From assembly GCA_976551045.1 (NCBI GenBank), contig CDPCPM010000013.1, positions 23,374,001 to 23,438,000 on the forward strand: a stretch of DNA of 64,000 nt, written 5' to 3'. This DNA comes from Glaucostegus cemiculus (taxonomy: Eukaryota). The position numbers and the translations under genes are program-made. The notes below the pieces were generated by a model. The model ran no database searches. It was not told the DNA's origin and saw nothing but the letters and a program-made list of their open reading frames with translations. Shown here in pieces: positions 36,631 through 50,563 of the stretch; positions within the stretch are counted from its first letter, which is position 1; every line of letters starts with the position of its first letter.

Positions 36631-38743
36631 CCAGCATTTTTCAACTTATTTTGGGCTGTTGCTACAGACAACCACCATGTGTTCCTTGATGTCTGAAATG
36701 TTTTGCCAAGTAACGTAAAGCTTGATTTTGCACCACTTAAAATAGTGATTTGTTCATTGTATATTTCCTTTTGGGAAGAGAAGAATTCAAATTAGGTTCA
36801 CTTTACTGTGGAAAATATTCAGTACTGGTCAGGTATAACCTCACTGAGCTGCTGATTCTGGCTCAGGGCTAGGCCACCAGGGAGGCATGTGTTTAAAAGA
36901 TTTCACTTGCAGTCATGTTAGAAAAAAAAGTTACTTTTGGTTTGTCATTCAGTGTCTTTTGTTTATGGAATCCCAATGCATTACACAGAAAATCGAAGCA
37001 GGTTTCATCACTCTTGAATCAAACATTAACATGACAGTAATTCCAGTGGAACCCACAAATATCAGTTCAGGGGAACATCTTTCTTTGGTTTGATTACTAA
37101 AGTTAATACATTGATGTGCTTGTAAGGAACTGCACGGCACTGTATCTTCAGTGAGACTGGGAGGAAAAACATTCTGCTCTGCTTCACTCTTGAGAAGAAT
37201 TTTTTCATATTATTTTATGGATGGAAGGATCAAGGACCATGAAGAATGCCACCACATGTTTATTTTAATGGACACTGGTTAGAGATAACCTCACATGATA
37301 TCAATTAAAAGGGTCTCTGTACCATACCCACTCAGCAATTGATACTTTGATATTCTTTATGTTTAATTAGGCACAAATAGAGCTATTTCCTCTCATAGGA
37401 AAGAATGTGCAGCCTGATTTAAAGTCTACCCTTCCATCTCTTCCAAGAGTCATACTGTATTCTTCTTTATTAGTTCGTTTATTACATCAACGGTCACATC
37501 ATTGGTAAGAAAAGTCTTTATAATAACTTAACACCTTTAATAGGCGCCATTTCACACAGAAGAAGCAGTTGACAACCCTGCTGCCTGTTGTGTATTACAT
37601 TAGCTTGGCTGGATCCTGTGGGCTAATGCCCATGGTTCCAAATGCAAATCTTTAAGTTTGTACTGTCACTGGATTCCACATGGAGTCCAACAGCAAAGAC
37701 CAATCTTGTTGACAATTCCCAGTGTCACATTGCAGAATTGCATTGGGATCGTGTGCATTATCTGAGAGCGCCATTAGCTTACGTGAAGATTGTAGGAATT
37801 AGGCGGTAAAATAGAAGATTTTCTTTTGTTAAAAGTTATCTCTTTAAAATTATTTCATGTTGGTTTAGTGGTTCTAATTATTTGTGTTTTAGTTTACTTT
37901 TTTCCCTTCATCTTTAATTGTTGAATTTCTTAATTAATTACTTTAATTTTAATAAGAGCTTCTGAATACAAAAGACACTTAAGAACCATTAAAAATCACT
38001 TGCAGCTTTCACAGCCAGTGCAGCTGGGATAGGGCTTTTCTATCTGTCAAAACTTGCATCTGAGTTTTGGGGACGATGCCTACTCACTGGCTGCCAAGAT
38101 GGCTGCAGCTGCTGGGGCCATATTATTGGCATTCAGGATTTTCTGAGGCGAACAAAATTGACCCTCATCATCCATACTGGGTAAGTACGAGACCACAAGC
38201 AACAATTCCAGGTGAGATCTAGCTTGCATCATTTGTTAAAATGTCACTCCAGTTCAAAAATACTTAATTCTTTGTGAGGTGATTTGAGACATTCTGACAT
38301 CGTGAAAATTATTAGGTGGATCTTATTCATTCTTATGCAGTTAAACTTGAGATGATTTTACATATAAAATACATTATATAAATCAACATAAAGCACTGAA
38401 TGCAATCATTCTTGCAAAAGAAAATACCCAAAAGGTTCCAGTAAATGTTAGCGAAATTGGGTTTATCCAGGTCCAAGTGGTGGTGAACTAATACTTCCAA
38501 TTTCAATCATTATTGGGAAATATACCTTAAAATAAAACTCAGAAGCTAAATCATGTCATTGTGTTGAATTACTGTGTAATGTGATCCAGACCTATGTCAT
38601 TCCAAGTTGTATATTTGTAGAGAATTTTCAATTATTTTAAATGTGAGTAAAAGTACAAGTTGGAGTAATTAAACCTGGCAACAGAGGCACAGTGAGCAAT
38701 CATCGTCAGAATCTCTGACAAATAATCTGTCTTTATCCATTAG

Positions 38744-38982
38744 GCACTTCTTATTTAAGCCTGGAACTGGATCTTCTCCACTTTTTTGTACAACTGGACC
38801 TGGTTACCCCCTTACTTCGAGCACTGTGTACTCTCCTCCACCGCGACCCTTACCCCGCAGCACGTTCTCAAGGTCTGCATTCAGTCTGAAAAAGCCCTAC
38901 AAGTACTGCAACTGGAAGTGCACAGCCTTGAGCGCCATCATCATTTCTGTAACACTAGTGATTCTACTTGCCTACTTCATTG
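38744..38982 (+). CDS. TENM4: Teneurin-4 coding exon C (juxtamembrane region and transmembrane helix), 239 bp, phase 2 to 1
   Basis: Acceptor ctttatccattag|G and donor TG|gtaagt. Translation [79 protein letters not shown] is the canonical teneurin motif plus a hydrophobic TM segment. Confidence 0.97.
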
Positions 38983-39171
38983 GTAAGTTCTTTGTAAATT
39001 TATTCTTCCTGACCAACTCATCTTTCTGGAAGGAACAGCAGAAAAACTGTGGGAGGCACTCCGACTCTGTGTGCAGGGATCTCCTCAGAGTTGAGATTGG
39101 CCACTTCACTGCCTTTGAGTATGAGATCACCTTGACCTTTGCTCTAAAGTAAATCTAGTTGTTATTTACAT

Positions 39172-39732
39172 TTATTGGTATTGGTTTTGGTATTGATTTA
39201 TTATTGTCACTTGTACTGAGGTACAGTGAAAAGCTTGTCTTACAAACCAATCGTACAGGTCAATTCATTGCACAGTGCAGTTACATTAGGTTAGTACAAA
39301 GAGCATCGATGTAGTACAGGTAAAAACAGTAACAGTAGAGTAAAGTGTCACAGCTACAGAGAAAGTGCAGTGCAATAAGGTGCAAGGTCACAACAAGGTA
39401 GATCGTGAGGTCATAGTCCATCTCATTGTATAAAGGAACCATTCAATAGTCTTATCACAGTGGGGTAGAAGCTGTCCTTAACTCTGGTGGTACATGCCCT
39501 CAGGCACCTGTATCTTCTACCCAATGGAAGAGGAGAGAAGAGAGAATTGGTGGGGTCTTTGATTATGCTGGCTGCTTCACCAAGACAACGAGAGGTAAAG
39601 ACAGAGTCCAAGGAGAGGAGGCTGGTGTCTGTGATGCACTGGGCTGTGTCCACAACTCTCTGCAGTTTCTTGCGGTCCTGGGCAGAGCAGTTGCCATACC
39701 AAGCTGTGATGCATCCAGATAGGATTCTTTCT
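39172..39732 (-). mobile_element. Rex1/Babar-like LINE 3' end (~560 bp)
   Basis: Minus ORF 39653-39423 (..AASIIKDPTNSLFSPLPLGRRYRCLRACTTRVKDSFYPTVIRLLNG) matches the Rex1-type C-terminus LPSGRR.R....T.R...SF.P..IRLLN. It has an (accaat)n-like tail. Confidence 0.85.
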
Positions 39733-40689
39733 ATTTTAAAATGTATACAGCATTCTTCCCCCTTTTATTATTCCAATTGGAAAACGTTAATTGGAATGGG
39801 GAGTTTGATTTGTTTTAATCTTTTGAACATCATTGTAAAGATAGGAAACAAACAACACTTCATTTCACTTTGCAAGTCAACAAGTTAAATTTCTCTGAAC
39901 CTTGAAGGCAGAAGACTGAAGACAAGCTCCCTGCTACATGCTGGGTTATCAGATCCCAGCCAAGGGCAATTGAGGTGCTGCAACTGACCATCACAGCCCC
40001 ACGCCAGGTTATTGAGAGGAAAATCGGTCATCATCTGATTGCCAAGCAGTACTTGGTGCAGGAAGAGGTGTATAAATCAGATGAGAAGTGTTGTGATGAT
40101 GTTCATAATTGAATAGCCTACTACATTCATTTTGTAGTCTCCCTCATGTAGAAATACTGGGTAAGGTACTGGCGGGCTCATTGTATTGTTGGACCCAGCA
40201 TTTCAGCAGATGGAGAAAGTAGACTGAAGACATTTCTTTCATAAAACATGCTGTTGAGAAATGTGGCATGTCAGAAAAAGGACACTAAGGCTGCCTGTTT
40301 GTTGACATTGCCATTGCCATTTTAATCAGTAATCTGATGAAAGATAAAATAGCAACTATTTTACCAGTTATTCGGTAAATCTTTATAACACTGACTAGTA
40401 ACAACGTTAAATTAATATGGATTTTCACTTACTATGATTCTAGAGAGTAGAGCACTTCCCCTTCTTTAAAGTTAGAAAAAATGCAAAGGCCTAAGATATT
40501 CTAACTGGAACCAGTAGGTTTTTATCCTTGATTTGAAGCTACCTAAGAAACTGACTACAATCTCCTCTCATTGATCTTGGTTAAGGTTAACAACTGTACT
40601 GCAATTTTCCAAACTTGAGTTTGATTAATCAGGACTCTGAATCCTTTGTTATCTTTTGTGTAGGTTATTCCAACTCATTTCTGCTCAGT

Positions 40690-41170
40690 CTCCTCATTCT
40701 GCATAATCCCAAGGTCATCCATAACTCTGCTGTATTTCCACCATTGCCCTTCACCTTGCTGACCTTCACCAGCTCCTGGTCAGATGGTGTCTCAGTTTTA
40801 AAATGCCCTCTCTTATTTTCAAACCCCTCATGTTCTCATACTTCCCTCCCTCTGTGATTCCTCCCATTTTCTAATCCCCAAGATATCTGCCCTCCTCTAA
40901 CTCCAGTCTCTTTCTCAACCCCAATTATAACCTAATTCCAGTGATTAGCTCTTCAACTGCCAAGGTGTTAAATTCTGGAATTCTGTTCCTAAGCTTCTTC
41001 ATCTCACTACTTCTCATCCTTTTAAGGTGCTCAATAAAACCAAGGTATTTGCGCTTTTGCGCAAATATCTCCTGGTGTGACTTGGCATAGTTTTTTTTTC
41101 ACTAATGATCTCATGGAGGGCCTGAGGACAATTATTGCATCATTAAATGTTCTCCATATATGGAAGAGGT
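40690..41170 (+). mobile_element. Decayed L2 LINE 3' end
   Basis: ttttaaaat..ctctcttattttcaaacccctc..gatatctgccctcctctaactc..ttctggaatt..cttttaagg is the block order expected for an L2 3' end. Confidence 0.55.
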
Positions 41171-42084
41171 AGTTGATTTAAAACAAGCAAAATCACGAGT
41201 TATGTATCAGTTTCTGGCTGGATCTGATCCAAGCAAGTCATTTGAGAAGTCTCAACCCAGGGGTCAGTGCAAGATCATCATTGGAAAGGTGCCAACAATG
41301 CAACGAAGATTAAATCAGAATAATTACTCAATATAATTACTGGAACATTGAAACTATTAAATTATTAAACTAAAATTAATCTTTTGGTTCCACTGCAAAC
41401 ATATTTAAAATGAATTTTCAGAACCAGGACCAATGACATGATAAAATAATTAATTAAAATAATTAATCTCTTAAAAGAAAACACACCATGAAATGCAATA
41501 TTTTAAGTGTTAGGGGTGAGAGTGAGTAAATGCAAATAATTTAATCAAGATGACTTCATTTATACGACCCTGCTTAAATTGCAGGATGAACTTCAAAATA
41601 AAATGTGGATAAATTTTGAACAAGTCAAACAAAATTGCAAAAAAGGAACATTAACTTTTCATTTACAGCAGAAATTTTTAAAAGTTAATCAACATATTCA
41701 TTTCTGGCAGAGGTGGGGAGGAACTGTTTAAACCACAAAATACTTTTCATACTCTTTAAAACCATTTAACAGCTTGTTATGTTGAGAACCAGTCAGGGTG
41801 AGGGAATGCACATCTAACATTCAGCCTGATGCAGCCTAGGATAAAAGTCCCATCAGCCCTGCAAGTGACCCAAACAACAGGCCTGGCTAACTCCGCAGCA
41901 CTTTCAGGCACAGTCCATCATGCCCACCATTGTTCCCACGCTCTGATAAATTTGACACCAACATGCCACTTTCATGTTTTTCTATTGCTTCTCACATTTT
42001 TTTCTGTGTCTCTGTCTCTCTCTTCCCCCCCCCCACCCTGGATTGGGTATCCAAAATAGGGGGCAAGGGTGGGAGGGAGGCACA

Positions 42085-42725
42085 CACTTCATGTGTTGTG
42101 TATATGGGTGTGAGAGTCCGTATGTGTGAGGAGATGGGTGTGTGTGGGAGAGAGGGACAGTGTATGTTTGTGAGTATGTATATGTGAAAGAATCAGAGTG
42201 CGTGTGTGTCAGAGTCTGTGTATGTAAAAGGAAGAGAGAGTCAAATCTGAAAGAGAGAAAAAGTCAGTGTCTGTGTGAGAGAGAAACAGTTATGTGTGTG
42301 AGAAAGAAAAAGAAAGTAAGTGTGTGTGAAAGAGTGTGTGTGGAGGAGAGTCAGTGCATACGAGAGAGTTAGTGTGTGTGTTTATGAAAGAGAGAAAGTG
42401 TCAGTGCGNNNNNNNNNNNNNNNNNNNNNNNNNNNNNNNNNNNNNNNNNNNNNNNNNNNNNNNNNNNNNNNNNNNNNNNNNNNNNNNNNNNNNNNNNNNN
42501 NNNNNNNNNNNNNNNNNNNNNNNNNNNNNNNNNNNNNNNNCGCAAGACAGGGTCAGTGTATGTGCACAGACAGAGTCAGTGCATATGTGAAAGAGTGTGT
42601 TTGACAGATTGTGTGTGTGTGTGTGTGTATGTGTGTGTGTGGGAGGGGGAGAGAGCTGGTGTGAGAGAGAGTCAGTATGTGTGTGTGAGAGAGAGAGAGA
42701 CTGTGTCAGTGCTTGTATGCGTTTC
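42085..42725. repeat. (GT)/(GA)-rich low-complexity and microsatellite tract spanning a gap
   Basis: Interspersed (tg)n and (ga)n runs with recurring gagtcagtgtgtg. Confidence 0.9.
42409..42540. other. Assembly gap (132 N)
   Basis: Run of n. Confidence 0.99.
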
Positions 42726-42734
42726 AGAGATATA

Positions 42735-43180
42735 AAAACAGAAACTGCTGGGAAGACTAAGTAGGTTGGACATCATCTGTGGAAAGCAATAGAGTATTAA
42801 CGTTTCAAGTCCAAGCTCCATCATCAGAATTGATTAAGAGAGAATATTTAGTTTAAGTTGAAGAGAGTGTGGGGGAGTAATGGATAGGACTAAAGGAACA
42901 TCCCTGATAAGGTGAAGCCCGTGCTTTCATGGAGATAAGTTGCAGAAGTCACTCAGGCAATGGGTTAATGTGTGCAGTTAGGGAGAGAGAAAATGAGCAA
43001 AAGGTATAGATGAGAGCAGTTAGAAAGCAAAAGCACAGAGAAACATAAAAGTAATGAATTGGTAGTCTAAGAGCCGTGACCAGCAAGTCGGGATGTGCTA
43101 ATGGAGTGAGAAAAATTGAGCTTATATCACAGACAGCGGAATTGCAGCAGAAATGCCCAAATACAGAGAAGGTGAGCTAC
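42735..43180 (-). mobile_element. Penelope-like terminal-repeat fragment
   Basis: aaacagaaactgctgg..catcatctgtgga..ttaacgtttcaagtcc..tcatcagaa followed by a purine-rich tract; same family as 9440 and 49180. Confidence 0.65.
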
Positions 43181-43189
43181 ATGAAGCTG

Positions 43190-43692
43190 TGTGAGAGAGA
43201 ATGTCAGTGAGTCAGTGTGTGAAGGAGTATCGATAAGTTAATATGTGAGAGACAGTGTGAGAGGGACTGAATGTCACTGAGTCAGTTTGTGAGAAAGGAT
43301 GCTGGTTGGTGAGTCAGTGTGTGTGTGAGAGATTCTCAGTGAGTTGCTGTGTGAGAGACAGTGAGTCAGTGTGTGACAGAGTATGTCAGTGAGTCAGTGT
43401 GTGAATCAGACTGGATCAGTGAGTCATTGAGTGAGAGAAACTCTCAGTGAGTCAGTGAGTGACAGAGACTGTCAGTGAGGTGTGAGAGTGAGTCAGAGTG
43501 TGAGAGAGTGTGTCAATGAGTCAATGTGTGAGTCAGACTGGGTCAGCGAGTGAGAGATTCTCAGAGTTAATGAGTGAGAGAGTGTGTCAGTGAGTCAAAG
43601 TGTGAATCAGGCTGGGTCAGTAAGTCAGTTTGTGAGAGAGACTCTCATGAGTCAGTGAGTGAGAGAGACTCTCATGAGTCAGTGTGTGAGGC
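43190..43692. repeat. Degenerate minisatellite containing 13 TGAGTCA motifs
   Basis: Units like (t)cagtgagtcagtgtgtgagagagac; motifs counted by eye. Confidence 0.88.
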
Positions 43693-44444
43693 TGGCATTC
43701 GACACTGATGGCAAAATGCGGTTGCAATATCTGCTGTTTCCACAAATCATGATAGACTATTGAGACAAAATTCATACTTTTTCATTTCTAAGTAGGAATT
43801 TCTGTTCTGTGTTCACTTTTGTATAATTACAATTATTTACAAGGAAAAGTCATCACCTGGCATGTGTCCCATTGACTCACCATGTCTGTAAATTGCTCTT
43901 CCTTCCTGCTGACCGTTCCAGTCTCACAAACACCAGCATCGGGTGGACTGCATCTTTTCACAAAACAAATTCACAATTAAACAAGCTTTATTATTTTTTC
44001 TGAGTTGCTGAGGATTTTGATTGTATTTGGAAAACAGAAGCAACTTCCTATAACCCTCCTGCTTCAAATTTTCTCAGTATATGTGGGAAGTTAATTACTG
44101 CAAATGCTACATTAAGGGGAAACTAAGAGAATTTACAGTGCAGAATCCCAACATGGGCTTGTAATCTAGCATTTAATTGGATTGTCTATTGGCTACTTAT
44201 TATTCTGACAATTTGGATATTATTTTAGGAGTGTGAACATCTTTACTAATCATGCTCAACTTGTTATGTCGTATTGTTGAGAAAATACAATTTAGAACGG
44301 AGAATATAGTGGAGTACAGCACAGGAAGAGGGTCATCAGCCCTCCATGTCTGTGCTGACCATGATGTCTATCTAACTAATCCCATCTGCCTGCACATGGT
44401 CTGTACCCCTCTATTCCCTGCCTCTTCATGTGTCTAAATTGAAG

Positions 44445-44858
44445 TTCTCAAACTGGGGCCCATCTCCCACACACTACTTCCACTGGTTTCCCTCCCCAAC
44501 CGTTCCCATCTGCCCTCCCTCACTTGCTTCCATGCTCCACCTTCCTTTCCTATCAAATTCCGTCTTCAGCCCTTTGTTGCCTCCACCTATCACCTCCCAG
44601 CTTCTGTCACTATTTCCATTCCCCTCCTCTATCTGCCTATCACCCCTCCTCACCTGATCCACCACTCACTTGCTAGCTCTTGCTCCACCCCTTCCCTTCA
44701 CTCTTTTATACTGGCTATTTCTCCTCTATTTGTAGTGTCTCAACCCGAAACGTCAACCATCCATTTCCCTCCACAGATACTACCTGACCTGCTGAGTTCA
44801 TCCAGCATCTTGTTTTTTGCTCTGGGTTCCAGCATCTGCTGTCTCTTGCGTCTCCATC
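44445..44858 (+). mobile_element. Penelope-like element 3' region / pseudo-LTR
   Basis: Pyrimidine-rich tract cctccacctatcacctcccagcttct..ttttatactggcta..cccgaaacgtcaac..ccctccacagatactacctgacctgctgagttc; closely similar to 63720-64000. Confidence 0.8.
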
Positions 44859-47800
44859 CTAATCCCTAGATTTGATATGCCTTTTCAGCATTCAAGAATC
44901 AATTTACTCCTTTGGATCTGATTATCCATTTTCATTACTAGTACTTCTACATTTTTCAACCACTTTCAGGCTGCCTATCATTATAGCACAAATGTCTGTT
45001 GATTAATAATGAGACATCATTGCTTGCATCTTCGGTGAGAGAAAAAAAAGCTATATGTTTAAGAATAGTCTTCTCAGTCTGAAGGGAAAGGGAAAAACCC
45101 GAGCAATAAAAATAAATTAACCCATTAATTGTTGATCTTACGTTTAAGGTAAACGTGTTCTTAGTGGAACCATTGCAGATATTAATTTCCAATGAAAGTT
45201 TAAATAGTCTCCATAGAGGACTGCAGGTATTGTTAGTTTCCTATTTGAAATGTTTAATCTTCCTGGTATGGTTGAGTAGAAGCACTTTGAAGCCAGTTTG
45301 TTAAACATTGTTATTAGCTGAAGTGGATACTGGAGTTAAAACCAAGATATCTGTCTTCAAAAGATGTTCATGGTCAGACTTTAAGTTTAAGGGCGTCTAT
45401 TAACAGTATGTTGCAAGGGAGTGCTGCAATAAGCAAAAACTTCCATGATTTAATTACACTTCTGCGAAATGGACTCTTCAGCACATGAAACTGCAAGTTC
45501 GATGATGGTCATGCATCCTAAATAAAATTGGCTATTGATTGATTAGACCATAGGAGTTGCTCACGTTTTATTATTGAATTATGGAAAGCTTCGTGATTAG
45601 AATTTGAAAGGTTTCAAATGACAGTGCACTGACAATAGATTTTTCATGATGAAAATTGAAGCTGATTTTATAAACATAAGAGTTTTGCAAAGTAGTCTTG
45701 AACCATTAAATGATGTTTATTTAGCTTTGCGTTCATTTGTATTCCACTACATCTTTTAAAAGTACATTGAACAGATGTATTAAACCTGCAAACCCTATCT
45801 CTGGTGAAATAAACTTAACCACCTTTAAATCTTATAAAGCTTCTGTGATGGATGTGGGGTTTTACCATCCTTAGAGCCCCCAACCCCAATCCCCACCAGC
45901 TGATTCTCACAGACCAGATTTATCAGGAGGACAGGAAGGCAGCTCAACAAAAGGAGACCTTTCATTCCCCTGGATCTGTGGATGGATGTGTTCTCACAGT
46001 CATTCCTCCCACATCAACATGGTGGGTAAGGTAAATTAATGGTCATATCACTCATAATCCAAGGGCCTTGACTAATGACTCAGAGTCATAAGCTCATAGC
46101 CCTTGCATGGTAGCCGAGAAATTGAAGTAAATAGCTAATTTCTGTAACGATAACCATGAAATTACCAGTGAAATCCACATCTCATGAATGATCATTGACA
46201 ATTCACATGAAGTAAATTTGAAGCAAATAAAAGGCAACCAAGAATCAAATTAACACACTCCATTCTGCTATATATTACTTGCATCCTTCTTCATCAAATG
46301 TAGACAACTTCTTTTAATAGAGTCCCTGTTAATATTCCTCTCGTCAAGCAACTTGACAGAAATGCTTCTTATCAGAATCAGACCATGTTTGCTCCATTGC
46401 ATTTATAATTTGTCATTAGCACATCATTTATGCAGTTTTGCAAAGCACTGCACAGTTGTTCATCCCCAGTAGCCCCAAGAACGTGCGAGCAGGCCTTCTG
46501 AATCATTGCAGTGCTCATAATTATAGTTCTCCCACAATGATGTTAGGTAAGGACTTTGGGTATTGACTTAACACAATGAAGAAACAGCAACGTATTGATC
46601 TGAACTGAATTTAATTTCAGCAACAACCCTGTGTAAATTCCAGTCCGTATTGTGTTATTGTTTGGTGCATTCTTTGTGGTAGTAGCAAAGGTAAGGGGGG
46701 AAAGGGGTCGTGGCTGAGGAGTATGAAACTGAGTCTTGCCAGTCAAGTTCTGTTAATTTCACAGCAGTCTTCAAAGAAGCCGAGAGAAGTGTGAGATTCT
46801 TATTACGAGCTAAAGAAGCAAATGTTCGCAGTGAACCTGAGAATTAGGGCCAGAGCAAAACTGAATTAAGATTAATTAAGCATTGAAAACCCCAAGTTTC
46901 AGAGTTAATAATTAAAACTGTCATTAAATAATGGCATATCTGTAATTGTCATGACCAAGATTTTAAAATCTTATTTTAGCTGTGTCCATTAACAACTATC
47001 AAATAAGACATAGATATAAAGTTCTGGGAACTTCTGAAATATTTTCCCAAGTAAGTGGGTTGTGAAAAACATGTCACGTGTATAATTCTCTGCATTATCA
47101 GGCTGGTAACACCAGTAGAGACCAAACCACCTATAGCAAATGTGATGTTTTTAGTCTGTGCCAAGCCACCATGGGAGGATTCCTAACCAAGTGCCTTAAC
47201 AAAAACAATCAGTACAAAATCATCATTGCCTTGGAAGTCACTGGCCGGCGAATGCATATAAAATATGAATATCAAATGTGGAATACTTCTGGAAGTACTG
47301 ACCTGCAGAATGCAGCACAAGGCAAAGATATAAATGTATATCAGAAACAGCAAGTAGTTTTCAGCTAATGTTGGCCATCTTAATATGCAGTTTGAAGTAT
47401 GCATCATGATATGTCAAGTCCAATGTATTTAATAAAACCCGACATTTCATCACACTAACGTTCAGATATTCAATATTTATTTCATATCTTCTATATTAAG
47501 CACATGATACAGTAACTACTTTTACCTGTATGATTATTCTTTGAAACAATTGCTTTAAAATGTAAGTGAAATAAAATACCTAATGTTTTTCTTTACCTTA
47601 CTCAAATAATGGAAATGAGCCAGCTTTGACCATTTATTTACAAAAATAATAATTTATCAGTGTGGGTTTTCACAATTAAATGTGTTGATACTGGTCAGAA
47701 ACTGAACCAGGAGTTAACACTGGCCAGAGACTTACATTTATTGTAAATTTCATTACAAAAAAATGATGTCACTTTTCTATGAATAAAGGGTATCCTGTAA

Positions 47801-49177
47801 ATATTGGCAGCAATACTTAATTCTGTGTACTGAAATATAAAGCATCCATTTTACACTTTCAGTCATTAGATGGTTAAGTCAAAATCAGTTGTCACTTCTA
47901 CTCTGCTTTAGCCTGTTTCCTGGCTGAGAAAACAAATTACTAATTCTTTCTCACATACTGGGTCTCTGCAATAATCATGAAGTAAGATGCATGGCTAACA
48001 CCTTTATATTTTAAACTCATACTAGTGTTTTTTTTCTCATTGTATATATCGTGCTTTGAATCATATGCAGCTATGTAATGTTCATGTCCTGTCAAATTGT
48101 CTCCCAAGGTGATAATGAAACAAAACCTAATCATTACAGCTATCACTGTACTCTGGGCCAAACTAACTTGAATGTTTTTATGCTTGATAGATTAGCATAT
48201 CGCACGCAGTCAACTGCATAAGACAGTTCATATTACATCGATGTGATCCAAAAGGAGTAGCTTGCCAACCACTGATGTAATTTTCCTTAAGCTGCCCGAA
48301 CAGATTTGACAACAAAAGGTTGATTGTGGCTTTCACTATTAAAAACTTATCACATTACATTTTTTCCAGTTAAGTGTTACCTTTGCATAATTTGGACAAA
48401 ATAGTTTATTTGTCATTGTGCACTTTCAAGGTGAAATGCAATTCAAGTTAGCCTGTGCTCAGATATATTACCCTTTTCTGTTACATAGAATATTGCACAG
48501 GGTCTTTTGTTCATCTCCAACAGAAGTTAATGCCAAGATCTTTAAGGCAAATACACTTACCACCAGCAACCAAAGTGTGACTTGTTTTAATCTCAAATTT
48601 AATTTCATACAGCATAATTGGTTGGAAATTTATCACTGTGCTCTGGTGGTCAAACCAAGTCAGCAACCTTGTGGAAGAAACCTGACGCGAATTATTATTC
48701 TCTACTGTGTTTTGTTTGTTGGGTTTACACTTCACTAGCTACCTCTCGCTTTCTTTTCTCTCAGCAATCAGTCATGGTCTTCTCATCCTGTGCACTCTTT
48801 CTCTTTCTCATTCCATCAATCTGTCCCAAAGGACCTTTTTCCATTGACCTTGTGAATTATCATTTTGTTGGTCTTCGTTTTGCCTTAACACTTTTTTTTC
48901 TGCTGAGTGCAGTAGTTGTCCTGCCTATCCAGCTGTGTGATGAATTAGCAAGGTGATAGGGCTAACAAAAGAACAATAGATTCCCTTAAGTCAGAACAGA
49001 TTGGTGTCTAATGTACTATTTTAAAATTAGAAATAAGATTCATGTAGTTCTGTCCCCTCATGCACTGAAAAATAACTCTTTCCCCTTGAGCTGCTAACTT
49101 TTGATTAACAGTCACAATGTTGCTTTATTGCTTGCGATGCTGGTAGTAACACTGCAGCAAACTACTACTTTCCTTCA

Positions 49178-49392
49178 AATACTCAGCAGGTCAGGCAGTA
49201 TCACTGAAAGACAAACGGAATCAATGTTTCAGGTTAAGGACCCTTCATCAGGACTGGAGCAGTGAATTCTAATAAAGTATCTGAAACATTAACTCTGTTT
49301 TGCTTTCTGTAGATGCTGCTTGATGCGCTGAGTGTTTCCAGCACTTTATTCTTTTTATTTTAGATTCCCAGCATCAGCATTTCTTTTATTTT
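49178..49392. mobile_element. Palindromic Penelope-terminal-repeat-derived element
   Basis: actcagcaggtcaggcagtatc..aatgtttcag pairs with ctgaaacattaactctg..gatgctgcttgatgcgctgagt. Confidence 0.75.
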
Positions 49393-50563
49393 CACTTTGC
49401 TTTGAATTCAATTGGTGATTTGATGGCAAAAGTATTGTAATACACTTCAAGGGAATAGACTAATAAGCTAATAAATGATGAGAGGAAAATATTCATTTTT
49501 TTATTGCTATACAAGCATTTGGGCTTATGTAGAGATAGCTAAGACTGAGTGAAAATGGAAATCTCTAAAGAGGGTGCACTATGAAAGGTAAATGCTGATA
49601 GTGATCTTGAAGTTTCTCAGAATTCGCAATATTGGCTCTTCCCTGAGTTTATGCCCATTACATGCTATGCCCAAATAATTTGTGCCTTACTCAGCCAATT
49701 ACCTAGTCAGGTTAATAATTTGCCTTCAGTCCCATAAGCTTCAGATGTATCTGACATTCCCTTGTGAGAGACTTAACAACTGCCTTCCAGAAGTAAATAT
49801 AAAAAAATATCTATTCTCCTACCTTTTCCAAAAATCTGATTATATTTGTTAGGCATAATCTACACTTTACAAATTCATCCTACCCCTTTCTTAATCAACT
49901 GAAAATGTTAAATATTCCTGCGTATTGTCTCTAATTATAATACTAATCATTTCCCAACAACAGACGCTAACTTGATCAGTTTATATTGCCCTGGTTTACC
50001 AATCTCCCTGTTCTCAATCAGTAAAGTGACACCTACAGCTTCCAATATAAAGGAACTATGCCTTTGGAGACCTTTGGACACTTAAGGTTAGAATGTCTAT
50101 ATTGTATTTCGCAGCTTCCCTTACAATGATTGGATGTAAGCCATCTTATCCTGGAGATTTGTCACACTTTTGTGCCATAATTTACCTCATTAGTTACTTT
50201 GCCTCCATTAAATTTGATGCGTCTGATTCATTATTAGGTTACTTGACTTATTTTCTCCAGTATGCCATCTATTTCCTCTACCATAAATACTAATGCAACA
50301 TAATTATTCAAAATGTGGACCATTTTATTATTTCCATTTACAATATTATTATTAATTTCTCATTATTAATTTCTAAGGGCTGCACATTACCCCTGGCCAC
50401 CCTATTTCCCTAATATTATGGTAAAATTTTGCACCAAGTTTTGATATTGCAAATTTCAATTCATATTTTGTATTTTTATCTCTGTTTTGTCACCTTTTGC
50501 TGTTCTTTCCATCTCCTCCATCAGTAGGCCTGTGCTGGTTTGTGTGCCTTTACTTTTGCTTTC

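Noticed and set aside
38786-39152. ORF-track ORFs overlapping TENM4 exons as standalone genes
   Set aside because: Teneurin similarity stops exactly at the GT/AG boundaries; the extensions are intron read-through.
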